A stretch of DNA of 64,000 nt from an uncultured candidate division Zixibacteria bacterium. Lineage in GTDB: Bacteria; Zixibacteria; MSB-5A5; GN15; FEB-12. The number at the start of each line of letters is the position of its first letter. Within the stretch, counting starts at the first letter, position 1. The translations under genes and the position numbers were made by a program. Location: assembly GCA_963735035.1 (NCBI GenBank), contig CAVTJJ010000004.1:768001-832000 (forward strand), read 5' to 3'. The notes beneath the pieces were generated by a model, which worked only from the letters and a program-made list of their open reading frames with translations, was not told where the DNA came from and ran no database searches. Positions 61,456-64,000 of the stretch are shown here, piece after piece.

Positions 61456-64000
61456 ATGAAGTACGCTAATTTCGTCCATCTGCATACGCACAGTCAGTAC
61501 TCCCTGCTGGACGGCGCCTGCCGTCTCGGCCAGGTGATCGAGCTGGCTATTGAATACAAAATGCCTGCCCTGGCGATCACCGACCACGGTAACATGTTCG
61601 GGGCTATCGAATTCTACACCAAAGCCTTACGCGCCGGGATCAAACCTATCATCGGGTGCGAGGCGTATGTCGCGGCCGGCAGCCGTCATATCAAGAAACC
61701 TTCCGATAAGTACCCGGAGTCGGGTTACCATCTCGTTCTGCTGTGCAAAGACCAGGTCGGCTACCGGAACCTGATGAAACTGACCTCGGACGCCTTCCTC
61801 GAGGGGTTCTACCACCGCCCCCGCATGGACAAGGAGCTTCTCCGCAAGCATTCCGAGGGTCTGATAGCGACTTCGGCCTGCCTCAAAGGGGAGATCAACT
61901 GGCTTTTGCTCAAAGGCCAGACGGAAGAGGCAGTCGCGGCGGCGCGGGAAATGAACGAGATTTTCGGCCAGGGGAATTTCTTCATAGAGATTCAAAACCA
62001 CGGCCTCGAAAAAGAACTGATTCTAATCCCTAAGTTAGTCGCTATTGCCCGCGAGACCGGTATCCCGCTGGTCGCCACCAACGACTGTCACTATCTGCGG
62101 CAACGCGACGCCGAAGCGCACGACGCTCTTCTGTGTATCCAGACCGGTAAGTTTGTCTCCGATACCGACCGGATGCAGTACAACACCGACCAGATATATT
62201 TCAAATCGCCCGAGGAGATGCAGCAGACGCTCGGCGATTACCCCGAAGCGCTCGAAAACACAGTGCGGATCGCCGAGATGTGTAATCTCGAAATCGAGCT
62301 GGGGAAACTCAAGCTGCCGGTGTTCCCGATCCCGGCCAAGTTCGAAGACGCCGACAGTTTTCTCCGTCACGAGTGTGAAGAGGCCCTGCCGAAGCGATAC
62401 TGCGAAGTCACTCAAGTGATGAAGGAACGGCTCGATTACGAACTGGGCGTCATACGGCAACTGGGCTATGCGGGCTATTTCCTGATCGTCAAAGATTTCT
62501 GTGACTACGCCCGTTCGCAAAAGATTCCGGTGGGACCGGGTCGCGGTTCGGCGGCCGGGTCGATAGTCTCATATCTGCTTGGGATCACCAATGTCGATCC
62601 GATCCGGTTCGATCTTCTGTTCGAGCGCTTCCTGAATCCGGAACGAATTTCGATGCCTGATATAGACATCGATTTCGCCGACCGGGGTCGGGACAAGATC
62701 ATTCAGTACGTCATTGAGAAGTACGGCAAGGACAACGTCTGCCAGATCATCACGTTCGGCACGATGGCGGCGCGGGGAGTGATTCGCGATGTCGGTCGGG
62801 TGCTCTCGATGCCTTACGGCGAAGTGGACAAGATCGCCAAGCTCGTGCCGGGTGGGCCGGGTGTCACGCTGGAGAATGCAGTCGATTCAGTCCCCGAGTT
62901 GAAAGAGATGATCGCAAAAGATGTCCGGGTGAAGAAGCTGATCGATATTGCGCTCACACTCGAGGGTCTGGCCCGCCATTGTTCGACCCACGCCGCGGGC
63001 GTGGTGATAGCGCCGTCGGCGCTGACCAACTACGTGCCGTTGTTCAAGGGCAGCCACGACGAAGTAACGACCCAGTACGACATGAAGATGGTCGAGACCA
63101 TCGGCCTGCTCAAGATGGACTTCCTCGGGCTGCGGACGCTGACCGTAATCGACGATGCGGTTCACATGATTCGGGAAAGCCATGCGGACGTTGTAGTCGA
63201 CATCGATAATCTTCCGCTCGATGACGCCGAAGTGTACAAGTTGTTCGCAAGCGGCCAGACGATTGGCATCTTCCAGTTTGAATCGTCCGGCATGCGCGAC
63301 TATCTGCGGCGGCTCAGCCCCGAAGAGTTCAGCGATATCGATGTCATGAATGCGCTGTACCGTCCGGGCCCGCTCGACTCGGGCATGATCGATACGTATA
63401 TCGCCTGCAAGCGGGGCGAGAAGAAAGTCGATTACCAGCATGAGACGTTGCAGGAGATACTCGGCAGTACCTACGGTGTGATTGTCTATCAGGAACAGGT
63501 GTTGAAAATCGCCAACCAGTTGGCGGGATACTCACTCGGCAAGGCCGACATCCTGCGCAAGGCGATGGGGAAGAAAGACGCCAACCTGATGGCGGAGCAG
63601 AAAAAGGCGTTCCTCGAGGGAACCGCCAAGCGCAAGATCGAGCCGAAAATCGGTGAGGAAGTTTTCAACCAGATCGAGACTTTCGCTCGCTACGGATTCA
63701 ACAAGGCGCATTCTACCAGCTACGCGCTGGTGGCCTATCAAACGGCCTGGCTCAAGCGATATTATCCGCATGAGTTCATGGCCGCTCTGATGACTTCAGA
63801 AATGAGCAACTCCGACCGTATCATGATCATGTTGGAGGAATGTCGCCGTATGGGCATCCGGGTGTTGCCGCCCGATGTAAACGAATCCAAGAGTCATTTC
63901 ACGGTGGTGGGCGACAATATTCGGTTCGGGCTTCTAGCGGTCAAGAATGTCGGTTCCTCTACTGCCGAGGCGATTGCGACGGCCTCAGCCAAGGGTAAAT
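61456..64000 (+). CDS. dnaE: DNA polymerase III alpha subunit (3' end outside window)
   Basis: FVHLHTHSQYSLLDG, TDHGNMFG, GPGRGSAAGS, MPDIDIDF, GFNKAHS; same frame to window end. Confidence 0.98.
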   Translation, partial: MKYANFVHLHTHSQYSLLDGACRLGQVIELAIEYKMPALAITDHGNMFGAIEFYTKALRAGIKPIIGCEAYVAAGSRHIKKPSDKYPESGYHLVLLCKDQVGYRNLMKLTSDAFLEGFYHRPRMDKELLRKHSEGLIATSACLKGEINWLLLKGQTEEAVAAAREMNEIFGQGNFFIEIQNHGLEKELILIPKLVAIARETGIPLVATNDCHYLRQRDAEAHDALLCIQTGKFVSDTDRMQYNTDQIYFKSPEEMQQTLGDYPEALENTVRIAEMCNLEIELGKLKLPVFPIPAKFEDADSFLRHECEEALPKRYCEVTQVMKERLDYELGVIRQLGYAGYFLIVKDFCDYARSQKIPVGPGRGSAAGSIVSYLLGITNVDPIRFDLLFERFLNPERISMPDIDIDFADRGRDKIIQYVIEKYGKDNVCQIITFGTMAARGVIRDVGRVLSMPYGEVDKIAKLVPGGPGVTLENAVDSVPELKEMIAKDVRVKKLIDIALTLEGLARHCSTHAAGVVIAPSALTNYVPLFKGSHDEVTTQYDMKMVETIGLLKMDFLGLRTLTVIDDAVHMIRESHADVVVDIDNLPLDDAEVYKLFASGQTIGIFQFESSGMRDYLRRLSPEEFSDIDVMNALYRPGPLDSGMIDTYIACKRGEKKVDYQHETLQEILGSTYGVIVYQEQVLKIANQLAGYSLGKADILRKAMGKKDANLMAEQKKAFLEGTAKRKIEPKIGEEVFNQIETFARYGFNKAHSTSYALVAYQTAWLKRYYPHEFMAALMTSEMSNSDRIMIMLEECRRMGIRVLPPDVNESKSHFTVVGDNIRFGLLAVKNVGSSTAEAIATASAKGK

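Noticed and set aside
61456..64000. Intein in dnaE
   Set aside because: Sequence is continuous across the usual insertion region (FARYGFNKAHS) and no intein motifs were noticed in the visible part.

Overview
Bacterial chromosome window, moderately GC-rich. Gene style is consistent with an FCB-related diderm such as candidate division Zixibacteria (inference only). The housekeeping backbone includes hprK, two parvulin/SurA foldases, an F1Fo ATP synthase operon with a beta-barrel gene between atpA and atpG, yceD-rpmF-plsX-fabHDG-acpP-fabF-rnc, etfB, a heterodimeric ABC exporter, suhB, glmS, a TonB-dependent receptor, acyl-CoA dehydrogenase/hbd/crt and the 5' part of dnaE. Accessory content has three parts. 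(1) A ~5 kb integrase-less island bounded by a 17-bp duplication of the tRNA-Asn 3' end, holding an array of orphan Rhs toxin-tip/immunity cassettes. (2) Single nuclease-like genes (PD-(D/E)XK, HNH, DUF5677) inserted between housekeeping genes, the first two beside palindromic REP-like repeats. (3) A DUF3800 gene facing a convergent, promoter- and terminator-delimited ~60-nt RNA of three GNRA-capped hairpins, which is the best candidate for an uncharacterised protein-ncRNA system. Several genes carry single-base frameshifts that may be real decay or sequencing error. All family assignments come from motif recognition by eye; no searches were run.
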